Positions 9,296 to 17,680 of a DNA stretch of 64,000 nt are shown piece after piece. The stretch comes from an uncultured Porphyromonadaceae bacterium (GTDB lineage Bacteria > Bacteroidota > Bacteroidia > Bacteroidales > UBA12481), in assembly GCA_964512915.1 (NCBI GenBank), contig CAZEKJ010000002.1, forward strand, positions 152,977-216,976. Reading direction: 5' to 3'. How positions within the stretch are numbered: position 1 is the first letter of the stretch; each line of letters begins with the position of its first letter. The notes below the pieces were generated by a model that saw only the letters and a program-made list of their open reading frames with translations, did no database searches and had not been told where the DNA came from. Both the position numbers and the translations under genes were made by a program.

Positions 9296-11739
9296 CCCAA
9301 TCCGATCCCAATTCCTAAAAGGCAGAAACCAAATATTACAATCCAATGGCCCTTGGCACTCTCTTTTTGAGTATAGCAAACCACCCCTGCCCAATAAAAC
9401 GGATGATCCATCCCTGGGGGACAATTTCGGAGGTATTTTCTTTTCGCCTTCATTAATGCTTTCTCCGGTCGGTTGAATCTCAAATACTTATAATAGTACT
9501 GGGCAATCATTGAGGCTGATAAATCGGATGCTTCCCAAAGATTCTGAATGATGGTGCGACTCCCGGCTAGGGCAAATGCAAACCCGAGGGAAAGCAAGCC
9601 TTCCCCTTGATTTAATGGCCCATTCCCTGATGCGCAGGTGTTCAAATAGACATTGGTTCCCGATAATTGGTACCCAAGAATTTCATCTATGGAAATGCCC
9701 TTCAGTCCGGGTAAACAAACCATTTCAGTCTGAAGCGGCTTCTTGAAATTTACAAGAGCATGACCAGCAATATGGATATACTTAGCAGGATCAAGTGAGT
9801 TTTCTGAGAGAGCCCCTTGATCTAGGTTAAGAGTCGAAGATTTAATGAATAATTTGGAAATTCTATCCACTTCAGAAAACTGATTTTGTTGTCCTGATCT
9901 TGAGTCACAGGATAAGATTAGTAATTGGTTTTTAAGTTTAATCTTCTTGCTTAGTGATAAAAAAGGCATTGTTAAATACCTTACTTCCCTGCATATATTT
10001 CTATTTTTCACTTGATTATTGTTTGTTTGATCAACTCCTGAAACTAAAAGAGTCTCAAATGGAACTCCTAGTAAAACACCATCTGGATGAATTACCAATT
10101 TATTGATTTTATATGAATCATGTATTAAAAGTTTGAACAAGTCATTCTTTAAAATCTCTAAATATCTTTCTTTGTCATTTGAGTACAAGTTGTTTGGATT
10201 GGAAGATATTTCTGTTTTGAAGTATTTGATATTCTCTCTAAGAGCCCTATTTGCAGGAATGAGTTTATAGGTTAATTTTCCTTTTTCAACCTTAAACATT
10301 GCGAAGCACGAGTCTAGATCTTGATATCCCAGGTATATTTCTTTCGGTTTTAATTGTTTTTTCAAAAGTTTAAATAAATCAGCTTTATCTGTTTTTCTTT
10401 TAAGGTCCTCAAAATGTGTGACAATGATTTCTTCAGCCTGCTCAATTTTTCTTGATTGATTATAAATAGAATCAATTAATCTCAGTTCAACATTATTATT
10501 TAATTTTTTATATATTAGGTCAAGTCTTTTTTTATTTTCTTTTTGGTAGGAAATTATTGTGTCTGGTATACCGATTTGATAAAAGAATTCTTCTCTTTCA
10601 AAAAGTGAATTTAACGATAAAGATTTAGATTGGAGAGACCAATTAAAAGCTTGGAATAAGAATTTCTCATCTTTGGAATTTTCGTATAACTTCAAAGCAA
10701 CAAGAATTCCATAATTGTAAGCCCTTTTTGCCTTATCTGAAATAATGAATCTATTCTCATCTGAAGTAATAGAATGAGCAAGAAATTGAATCTCACCGAT
10801 AATTGAATGAAAAATCTCATAACCATCAATGAGTTTCGATGCTTCAATATATAATATCCCTAAATCGATTAAGCAATCTAGATATACAGTTTTATAAAGT
10901 CCACTATCATAAGATGTTAAAATTCTGTCATGATCTACCTCTTCTAATAATTCCTTGCATTCTTTATAGAGCTTAATGGATTGTTCATTGTTTTTTAGCT
11001 TCTTTTGGTTTCTTGCTAAAAAGAAGCAAGAAAGGGCTTTTTGATATGGTTCGACCCTACTACTGAAGGAAGTCTCAAGTGCCAGTTTAAAAATATTTGT
11101 AGCATCTTCTGGACCAGAGGTAATCTCAAGAGATAATCCTAATAGTCGAAGCTGATCATGCTCAAGATTTCCATTATTAATATAGCCCAGTCGTTCAATA
11201 AGTTCCGGAATAGAAGTGGAGTTATGATTCCTGATAGATAAAGCGAGTAAATTGCGCAATGCAGTTTCTATAAATAGTTTATTCTTAAATTTGATTGACT
11301 CACTCAGTAATTGGTTAAAGATTAGTTGCGCTGATTCATCATTATTACTGAGTAATTCTAGAACGCCAGATAGATTGACCGAATGTAAATACAAGTCATT
11401 GTCTTGGAACCACCTTCCATATTCTCTTGAAATGGTAGAGTAGTATCTTGAAAGTGAATATCTTCCTCGTTTTTGAAACACAAGAGCCTTATAAAGGCAT
11501 AGATAGCCTGTATATACTGAGTATATGTCAGGGTTGCGTTTCTCAAGGTTTTCATTTATTAGCGATAGAGTTTCGGTCAAGCGTCCCTGACTAAGCCTGT
11601 CCCTGATAACACATGTATTATGGTAAAGCGTATTCTCCGAGTAGAATCCTGATAAATGATTCTCTTGACCCATAGAAGAATTGATCAATAATGAAGTTAT
11701 TAAGTAGCTGGTTATCAAAGGAATTCCAAATATTGTCAT
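9262..11739 (-). CDS. TPR-repeat protein with C-terminal CHAT (caspase-like) protease domain and C-terminal TM anchor
   Basis: A long helical-repeat N-terminal half is followed by a CHAT His/Cys dyad context: YIHIAGHALVN and VYLNTCASGNGPLNQGEGLLSLGFAFALAG. The protein ends with the hydrophobic HWIVIFGFCLLGIGIGLGYL. Confidence 0.85.
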   Translation of the reverse strand: MTIFGIPLITSYLITSLLINSSMGQENHLSGFYSENTLYHNTCVIRDRLSQGRLTETLSLINENLEKRNPDIYSVYTGYLCLYKALVFQKRGRYSLSRYYSTISREYGRWFQDNDLYLHSVNLSGVLELLSNNDESAQLIFNQLLSESIKFKNKLFIETALRNLLALSIRNHNSTSIPELIERLGYINNGNLEHDQLRLLGLSLEITSGPEDATNIFKLALETSFSSRVEPYQKALSCFFLARNQKKLKNNEQSIKLYKECKELLEEVDHDRILTSYDSGLYKTVYLDCLIDLGILYIEASKLIDGYEIFHSIIGEIQFLAHSITSDENRFIISDKAKRAYNYGILVALKLYENSKDEKFLFQAFNWSLQSKSLSLNSLFEREEFFYQIGIPDTIISYQKENKKRLDLIYKKLNNNVELRLIDSIYNQSRKIEQAEEIIVTHFEDLKRKTDKADLFKLLKKQLKPKEIYLGYQDLDSCFAMFKVEKGKLTYKLIPANRALRENIKYFKTEISSNPNNLYSNDKERYLEILKNDLFKLLIHDSYKINKLVIHPDGVLLGVPFETLLVSGVDQTNNNQVKNRNICREVRYLTMPFLSLSKKIKLKNQLLILSCDSRSGQQNQFSEVDRISKLFIKSSTLNLDQGALSENSLDPAKYIHIAGHALVNFKKPLQTEMVCLPGLKGISIDEILGYQLSGTNVYLNTCASGNGPLNQGEGLLSLGFAFALAGSRTIIQNLWEASDLSASMIAQYYYKYLRFNRPEKALMKAKRKYLRNCPPGMDHPFYWAGVVCYTQKESAKGHWIVIFGFCLLGIGIGLGYLSIRKRILR

Positions 11740-11815
11740 GTAATATCTAGTTTAAGCGGTAACAATTATGATCGATAAGATACTATTCATCTGTAAATCC
11801 TTAAAATCTAAACTT

Positions 11816-11961
11816 ATGGAAAGTTATCAAGAGATTGACGAAAAAAACTGTTAGGGCTGAGTTTTACTGAAATGGTGATAATCAGAGGAGGCGATGGTGA
11901 AGAAACCTTGCCACCCCCTCCTCCACCGCCACCACCTCCAACCCCTGGAACCGGAGGCTAA
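11816..11961 (+). CDS. double-glycine-leader peptide precursor P1 with a decaproline core (out of frame as read at an A7 tract)
   Basis: The ATG 11816 frame reads MESYQEIDEKNC and then stops. The -1 frame from the A7 run (11841-11847) reads KKLLGLSFTEMVIIRGG-DGEETLPPPPPPPPPPTPGTGG with stop TAA 11959-11961. The gene lies directly upstream of a C39 ABC exporter. Confidence 0.55.
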
Positions 11962-11974
11962 TAAGTTGAAATGA

Positions 11975-12033
11975 GAAATCCGCCTAAGTAAAGACAGGGC
12001 TAGAACCTGTCGATACGAGGGCGGATCTTTTTA
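11975..12033 (+). terminator. two-tier hairpin plus T-tract after P1
   Basis: The outer stem AAATCCGCC...GGCGGAT encloses the inner stem GACAGG...CCTGTC and is followed by CTTTTT. The architecture matches the hairpin after P2. Confidence 0.45.
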
Positions 12034-12065
12034 CATCTAGAATTATGTTTAGAATATTAGCTTGA

Positions 12066-14255
12066 ATGAAGATTAGGTTTGTCAGACAATATGATTCCAG
12101 GGATTGCGGACCGGCATGCCTAAAGATGATAGCCGGCTATTTCGGTAAGGAATTCCCACTGCAGTTTCTACGTGAGAGGACCCACATTACAAAGAATGGG
12201 GTCAGCTTCCTTGGATTATATGATGCAGCTGAGAGCATCGGACTCAAGCCTGCCGGAGTGAAAGTTACATTCGATCAACTTGTTGCAGAGGTTCCGAAAC
12301 CGTGTATTGTTCATTGGAAGAAGAGGCATTTTGTTGTTGTTATTAAAGCCAGACAGAATTATGTCAGGGTTGCTGATCCAGCGCTGGGTTTTGTTAGATA
12401 CACCCCACTAGAGTTTAAAAAGAGTTGGATTTCAACAGTACATGAGGACAAGCCTATGGGGATGGGAATGATTCTTGACCCAACCCATGAGTTTTCTGAA
12501 AGGGTTGGGATGAAGACAGACCATAAAAAATCATTCGACTTCATTTTACAGTATTTGAATCCTTACAGAAAGCAACTTCTACAAGGATTGCTGTATTTGA
12601 TATTTGGATCGGCAACCCTACTGCTAATGCCGTATCTTTCAAAGTCTATTGTTGACAAAGGTTTATCCAATGATAGCCTGTCATTCATTGGCCTTGTTCT
12701 TATTGCCCAGTTTCTCTTGGTCATAGGTAAAACAGGCCTTGAGTATGTGCGATCCTGGCTTCTCCTTCATATAAGTTTGCGGGTTAATTTCCGGCTCCTT
12801 TCAGATTATCTCACTAAACTCATGAGGCTGCCCTTAGGTTTTTTTGAGACTAGACGCACAGGAGATATCTTACAACGTATCGGTGATCACAGCAGAATAG
12901 AAGCCTTTATTACCCAATCCGGATTGGGCTTCTTGTTTTCGGTTTTCAATATTTTGATTCTTGGTACTGCTTTGGGTTTATATAGTCTGCTCATACTTCT
13001 GGTTTTTACCGTTAGCGGATGTCTATACATTCTTTGGATCCGGCTTTTTTTGGCGAAAAGATCGGAACTCGACCACAGGAGATTTCAGGAACAATCTGAA
13101 AACCAGAACAACCTTATTCAGCTGATTTCAGGAGTGATGGAAATCCAGATTAATGCATGTCAGCGGTCGAAAAGAAGAACATGGGAAGCGATACAAACCC
13201 GGATATTAAGAACCCGTTTGGCCAGCCTGGCTCTTGCTCAAAAAATTCAATCCGGATCAATACTGATTAATGAAGCCAGGAACCTGATCATTACCTTTCT
13301 GGCTGCCCGGTTTGTTATAAATGGTCAAATTACCCTGGGAGAGATGTTTGCCATTCAATTCATTGTTGGACAATTAATTGGGCCGATAGAGCAGGTTGCA
13401 TCTTTTACTTATGGTTTACAGGATGCCCAGCTAAGCTTAGTAAGACTCTCAGAGGTTCATAATTATCCTGTTCATTTAACCAAGGATGAACAAAGCATAA
13501 TCAGTCTGCCTGAGGATAAAACCATTCGGGTCACAAATGTGACATTCCAATATGAAGGTCCACGATCTCCAAAAGTCCTTGACGATGTCACAATGGAAAT
13601 TCCTGTCAACAAAACTACTGCTATTGTTGGAGCAAGTGGCAGTGGTAAAACAACACTTATAAAACTGTTAATGGGGCTCTATCAACCAGCTGTTGGTGGC
13701 ATATCGGTTGGAGGCATCCCTATACACTTACTGGATCAGGGTTCGTATAGGGCGGCTTATGGTGCTGTTATGCAAAATGGTTATTTATTTTCAGATACGA
13801 TAGCAAATAACATTGGTCTGAGTGATCAACCGCTTGATCCGGTTCGTTTGACCAAGGCATGCAAAATCGCAAACGTGGAAGAGTTTCTGATCAATAATCC
13901 GATGGGGCACAATGCCGAAATCGGTCCTGAGGGTATGGGCCTAAGTCAAGGACAGAAACAACGGATTTTGATTGCCAGGGCGATATACAAAAATCCTGAG
14001 ATTCTGTTTTTTGATGAAGCAACAAATTCCCTTGATGCTAAGAATGAGAAAGTTATCCTTGAAAATCTGATTCCTTTTTATAAGGGACGAACGGCAGTAG
14101 TTGTTGCTCATCGCCTGAGCACAGTTATGAATGCAGATCAGATATTTGTGATGGACAACGGCAAGATAGTGGAAAGTGGAACCCATGATTCATTGGTCAT
14201 GGCTAGGGGCGTTTATTATAGCTTAGTTAAGAATCAAATTGAATTGGGACTATAA
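12066..14255 (+). CDS. peptidase-C39-domain ABC transporter (bacteriocin/peptide processing exporter, PCAT)
   Basis: The N-terminal YDSRDCGPACLKMI carries the C39 catalytic Cys. Six TM helices follow. The ATPase motifs are Walker A GASGSGKTT, signature LSQGQKQR, Walker B ILFFDEATNSLD and H-loop VVAHRL. Confidence 0.9.
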   Translation: MKIRFVRQYDSRDCGPACLKMIAGYFGKEFPLQFLRERTHITKNGVSFLGLYDAAESIGLKPAGVKVTFDQLVAEVPKPCIVHWKKRHFVVVIKARQNYVRVADPALGFVRYTPLEFKKSWISTVHEDKPMGMGMILDPTHEFSERVGMKTDHKKSFDFILQYLNPYRKQLLQGLLYLIFGSATLLLMPYLSKSIVDKGLSNDSLSFIGLVLIAQFLLVIGKTGLEYVRSWLLLHISLRVNFRLLSDYLTKLMRLPLGFFETRRTGDILQRIGDHSRIEAFITQSGLGFLFSVFNILILGTALGLYSLLILLVFTVSGCLYILWIRLFLAKRSELDHRRFQEQSENQNNLIQLISGVMEIQINACQRSKRRTWEAIQTRILRTRLASLALAQKIQSGSILINEARNLIITFLAARFVINGQITLGEMFAIQFIVGQLIGPIEQVASFTYGLQDAQLSLVRLSEVHNYPVHLTKDEQSIISLPEDKTIRVTNVTFQYEGPRSPKVLDDVTMEIPVNKTTAIVGASGSGKTTLIKLLMGLYQPAVGGISVGGIPIHLLDQGSYRAAYGAVMQNGYLFSDTIANNIGLSDQPLDPVRLTKACKIANVEEFLINNPMGHNAEIGPEGMGLSQGQKQRILIARAIYKNPEILFFDEATNSLDAKNEKVILENLIPFYKGRTAVVVAHRLSTVMNADQIFVMDNGKIVESGTHDSLVMARGVYYSLVKNQIELGL

Positions 14256-14256
14256 G

Positions 14257-15504
14257 ATGGCACTAACAGAAACATCTCCTGATCCTGAAATCCAGGAGCC
14301 GGACGAATTTGTGGGAGTAATCCCGAGTAAAATAGGTCGATGGGGTATCGGATTGTTGATTAGTATCCTAATCGTATCGATTGTTACACTGATCATTATC
14401 CTTTATCCGACTCACATCAGAGGCACCATGACAATCACACACGAGCAATCAGTCATACCGCTGGCAGCACGGTCTGAAGGATTTTTAGCTTTCTGTACTG
14501 CGAGCAACGGAGATACGGTGAGAGCCGGACAAATACTTTGTATTCTTGAAAGTTCAAGTGATCCTATCGAAGTTTTACAGATGGATTCACTTCTTGCCAT
14601 TCTGATGATTGAACAAACCGATCTTGAGACAACCAGCAGGTCAATAGCAGAACATCCATTCACCAACCTGGGGAATCTCAGCAGACCATATGCAAATCTT
14701 ATAACAGCAGCCGAAGAATACTTATCCTATTTGCAAAACAATTCAAGTTATACGAGAATAGCCAGTTATGCGACCCAAAGGAATGATCTGGAGAAGATAC
14801 TGGAGGATCAAAACCAGCTAATGGTTCTTTTAAGGCAAGAAGTAGATCTTAAGAAGGTTAGTCTGGAGAGAAATGTTTATTTACGGGATACGGGTGTTTT
14901 CACTCAAGTTGATTATGAAAAATCCAAATCCTTACTTATTGCCGCGGAAGGGGATTATCAGAAGGTACTGCTGGCTATCCGGCAAGGCGAAAAGGAGATC
15001 AATCAGACCAGCGGCTTGATAGACACTGAAGTCCGGGAATCGAAACTGAGTTTGGCACAAAAAGAAAATGGCCTCAGAGAGGCCATTATTAGCTTGTTTG
15101 GTATGGTTGAGGAATGGGAATTCAATTATGCAATCATTGCTCCAACTGAAGGCCAGGTGGCAATTAACCCAGGTATAATAACCAACAGATATATCAAGAA
15201 AGATCAAACGGTTATGTCCCTGCTACCATTGACACCTGGCTCTTTAATCGGCACAATGGTTCTACCCATAAAAGGGGCTGCCCGGATTACTGTTGGCCAA
15301 AAAGTGCTGATCCGCTTAAACGAATACCCTTATTTACAATTCGGTATTCTGAAGGGGTACATTGAAGAATTATCACCGGTTCCCATCAATGGTAACTACC
15401 TGGCCAGGGTAACATTCCCTGATTCCAACAACGCCCTGTTAGGCAAGACCATCCAGTTAAATCGCTTATTAACAGGAGAGGGCAGGGTGGTGGTGCGGTG
15501 GTGA
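14257..15504 (+). CDS. HlyD-family membrane fusion/secretion protein
   Basis: It has one N-terminal TM segment, a long coiled-coil middle and a beta-barrel C-terminal region. ATG 14257 lies 1 nt after the ABC stop codon. This is the usual PCAT partner. Confidence 0.8.
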   Translation: MALTETSPDPEIQEPDEFVGVIPSKIGRWGIGLLISILIVSIVTLIIILYPTHIRGTMTITHEQSVIPLAARSEGFLAFCTASNGDTVRAGQILCILESSSDPIEVLQMDSLLAILMIEQTDLETTSRSIAEHPFTNLGNLSRPYANLITAAEEYLSYLQNNSSYTRIASYATQRNDLEKILEDQNQLMVLLRQEVDLKKVSLERNVYLRDTGVFTQVDYEKSKSLLIAAEGDYQKVLLAIRQGEKEINQTSGLIDTEVRESKLSLAQKENGLREAIISLFGMVEEWEFNYAIIAPTEGQVAINPGIITNRYIKKDQTVMSLLPLTPGSLIGTMVLPIKGAARITVGQKVLIRLNEYPYLQFGILKGYIEELSPVPINGNYLARVTFPDSNNALLGKTIQLNRLLTGEGRVVVRW

Positions 15505-15544
15505 TTATGAAACTTTGATAAAAATATCTATTGTAATTCCCGAC

Positions 15545-15673
15545 TTATTTTTTTATTGGTTTCTTAATTGTTTCCACCGTTGTAGTTTTAGGATGTTTTT
15601 GGGCTTCTTTTACAGGGATAAACTTTCCACTTTCGGAATCTCTCCCAACCTTAACTGTTTTGGTTTTCGTCAT
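15545..15673 (-). CDS. small basic protein (42 aa), hypothetical
   Basis: The minus strand reads MTKTKTVKVGRDSESGKFIPVKEAQKHPKTTTVETIKKPIKK. It resembles small Lys-rich proteins common in Bacteroidota. It is below the ORF-track length cutoff and has no other support. Confidence 0.35.
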   Translation of the reverse strand: MTKTKTVKVGRDSESGKFIPVKEAQKHPKTTTVETIKKPIKK

Positions 15674-15826
15674 GGCTTAATTTTTTTAAAAGGTAAAAAA
15701 TAATACTTTATGATGATTTTAGTCTTCTACCTAATTATGAATATTAAAACCTATCGTTTCAATCGATAACAAATCTTAAAGTTAGAATATTAATGGTTAA
15801 AGATTCAGTTGTTTACTTAAAATGAA

Positions 15827-15976
15827 TTGCTATGGAAAAGTACAAAGAAACCGAAAAAAAAGTTTGAAGCTTTGAGTACCTCTCAAATGTTAAAAATTCG
15901 AGGTGGTGCTGGTATTGAGGTTTTTATAATTATCCCATCTCCTCTACCTCCATTACCACCTGGTGGCGGTGGCTGA
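15827..15976 (+). CDS. double-glycine-leader peptide precursor P2 with a Pro/Gly-rich core (start ambiguous, A8 tract)
   Basis: The frame reads ...KKPKKKFEALSTSQMLKIRGG-AGIEVFIIIPSPLPPLPPGGGG with stop TGA 15974-15976. The only in-frame start is TTG 15827. ATG 15832 (MEKYKETEKKV then stop) is offset by one nucleotide across the A8 run 15854-15861 and parallels the N-terminus of P1. Confidence 0.55.
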   Translation: MLWKSTKKPKKKFEALSTSQMLKIRGGAGIEVFIIIPSPLPPLPPGGGG

Positions 15977-15992
15977 TAATATAATATAGTGT

Positions 15993-16058
15993 GAAACCCA
16001 ACCATAACTTGTTTTGTCCTGGGGGAACAGGCAAATAAGCGGTTGGGTTTCCTTTTTT
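15993..16058 (+). terminator. two-tier hairpin plus T-tract after P2
   Basis: The outer stem GAAACCCAACC...GGTTGGGTTTC encloses the inner stem CCTG...CAGG and is followed by CTTTTTT. Confidence 0.45.
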
Positions 16059-16324
16059 GGGCTAAATGGTCAAGGGTTAAGCCCTTGGACCGTTTGATAG
16101 CATAGAAAAAGCGATTATGAACCAGTCTAGCAACACTCTTTTTAGCAATTATTATCGATTGTATCGGGACCCCAAGGTCGCCTTTATAACTACAAGAAAA
16201 CAAGGGAGTTATCCCAATTGTACTACTAGACTCGCCCCACAGCTGCCCCACAGGGAGTTGACCGTTAACTTCGTCGCAGATATCCTCCGGTTGTTGGATA
16301 GAGTAGTCTTGGCCTCAGTCCCCC

Positions 16325-16828
16325 CTATCTGGAATACATCAAATGGGCATACCGGTCTACGATAGACCGATTTGCTAAATCCGTTTGACCCGGTTGAATC
16401 TCAGGATTGGCTTTGACGACCTCATCGAACTTGCAGGAAAACCGCTTTTCAAAGTCCTGGATCAGGGAATCGGTTATTCTTTTACTGTTGAGCTGAGCTA
16501 ACAGATCCGATTTATCATTTAAGATGGTTTGATTAATCCTGGCCATCAAAATCCAAACATCCAGTTTCGTATAGGTATTCAGTTGGGCTTCCACTCTCTT
16601 CTCCTGAAATCTTTGATTTGATAGACGGAACACTGGTGCCGGTCGTTCCAAATCGGGTCTGGCCAGCTTGGGCTTCTGATTGCCTTTAACTGGTGTCAGC
16701 TCCATTTTTTTCTGGGATCGGCGGAAGTCCGACCGGCATTTATCGGAATCAAACCGTGATTTTAAACTTTTAGCGATATAGAGTTTTCCACAATAATCGC
16801 AGGTTCTGGTGTATCGTTTATCAGACAT
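16325..16828 (-). CDS. hypothetical protein with N-terminal zinc-ribbon-like CxxC...C motif
   Basis: MSDKRYTRTCDYCGKLYIAKSLKSRFDSDKCRSDF. No other family motif was recognised. The start is taken at the internal ATG 16828. Confidence 0.4.
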   Translation of the reverse strand: MSDKRYTRTCDYCGKLYIAKSLKSRFDSDKCRSDFRRSQKKMELTPVKGNQKPKLARPDLERPAPVFRLSNQRFQEKRVEAQLNTYTKLDVWILMARINQTILNDKSDLLAQLNSKRITDSLIQDFEKRFSCKFDEVVKANPEIQPGQTDLANRSIVDRYAHLMYSR

Positions 16829-17479
16829 AAAACCGATTTTATACCGAGCTAAATTACTAAATATTAGCATTTAAGCAAAAAATAAAATCGATTTAACGTG
16901 ATATTTTTAACTCAATCATTACCCGTAACAGGATTAGTTAAGGGATCCTGTATGAGCAATTTAACCATTGAAGAATGGAGTGATGAAAGAATATGAGAAT
17001 CCCAGCGAGAAGCAAATTGTGCAGGAGACCTAGTGTGCAAAGGAAGTAACAAGGTGTAAACGATAACGAGGATCTGGGAATCTCGTCACCCGAAATGCTC
17101 CTTGAAAAACGGCTGGTAGGCCATCGGCAAGGATAGACCGGTAGCCGATTTATTCAGTAGTATCGATATGAGTAATTCGATGAAGGTGTAGCGCCATTTC
17201 GTACTCGCTATAGGCCACGGATTACTTTTTTCACTTTTCTGCTTGAAGCCATTGTTTATTTTAAAAATTGACTCTAATTTCAACTCCCATAAAACTTTAC
17301 CGGATCCGACCGGCCACTAAATAAGCAGGAAACTAATGAGATCGGTCCTTGTATGTGACTGGGAGGGCGAAGCTGTAGAATGCCGGATGAAGGAAGCCGG
17401 GCGAAAATGAGTTAAGAGATTCGAATGAAGAGTATCGAATTTCGATGTAATAGAATCAGGGAATGCCCGGGCCGAATGG

Positions 17480-17673
17480 ATTGATAACCCCAACCGGCCA
17501 CATTTCTACTTCATCGACAAACAAGCCAGACCAGGTTGAATCTTTTGGAAAATGGCCTGATTCTCCGTTTAGAGACTGAATGTGCATCTATATCAGATAA
17601 TGCCTTTTACCTACATGTGGCAACCTGTGTCACTCTGGTGGTTAAAAGCCCGATTGATGCACACCCTAAATGA
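17480..17673 (+). pseudogene. tyrosine recombinase, degenerate C-terminal remnant
   Basis: It reads ...TRLNLLENGLILRLETECASISDNAFYLHVATCVTLVVKSPIDAHPK. This aligns by eye with THLLEQGLNIVTLKELLGHADITTTMIYLHVAQCPLIKPHSPLD of the intact recombinase at 22798-23715. Confidence 0.45.
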
Positions 17674-17680
17674 AGCGGTT

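Noticed and set aside
11872-11961. The internal ATG (MVIIRGG...) as the true start of P1, and likewise ATG 15887 (MLKIRGG...) for P2
   Set aside because: This would leave a leader of only 7 residues. Double-glycine leaders recognised by C39 domains need the upstream LS..EM..I helix, which is present in the same frame upstream of these ATGs.
15883-16251. The 122-aa minus-strand ORF overlapping peptide gene P2
   Set aside because: It is the antisense reading of the Pro/Gly codon run (it reads PPPPGGNGGRG) and of the terminator hairpin. It has no start context or family motif. The plus-strand GG-leader peptide next to a C39 exporter explains the region.
16900-17600. Structured ncRNA or group II intron fragment in the ORF-poor stretch
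   Set aside because: No 5' GUGYG/domain V-type landmarks were found. The right-hand part translates, with decay, into the C-terminal region of a tyrosine recombinase (…LLENGLILRLE…FYLHVATC…) that matches the partner of the IS91-like transposase. The region is best explained as a decayed mobile-element gene.
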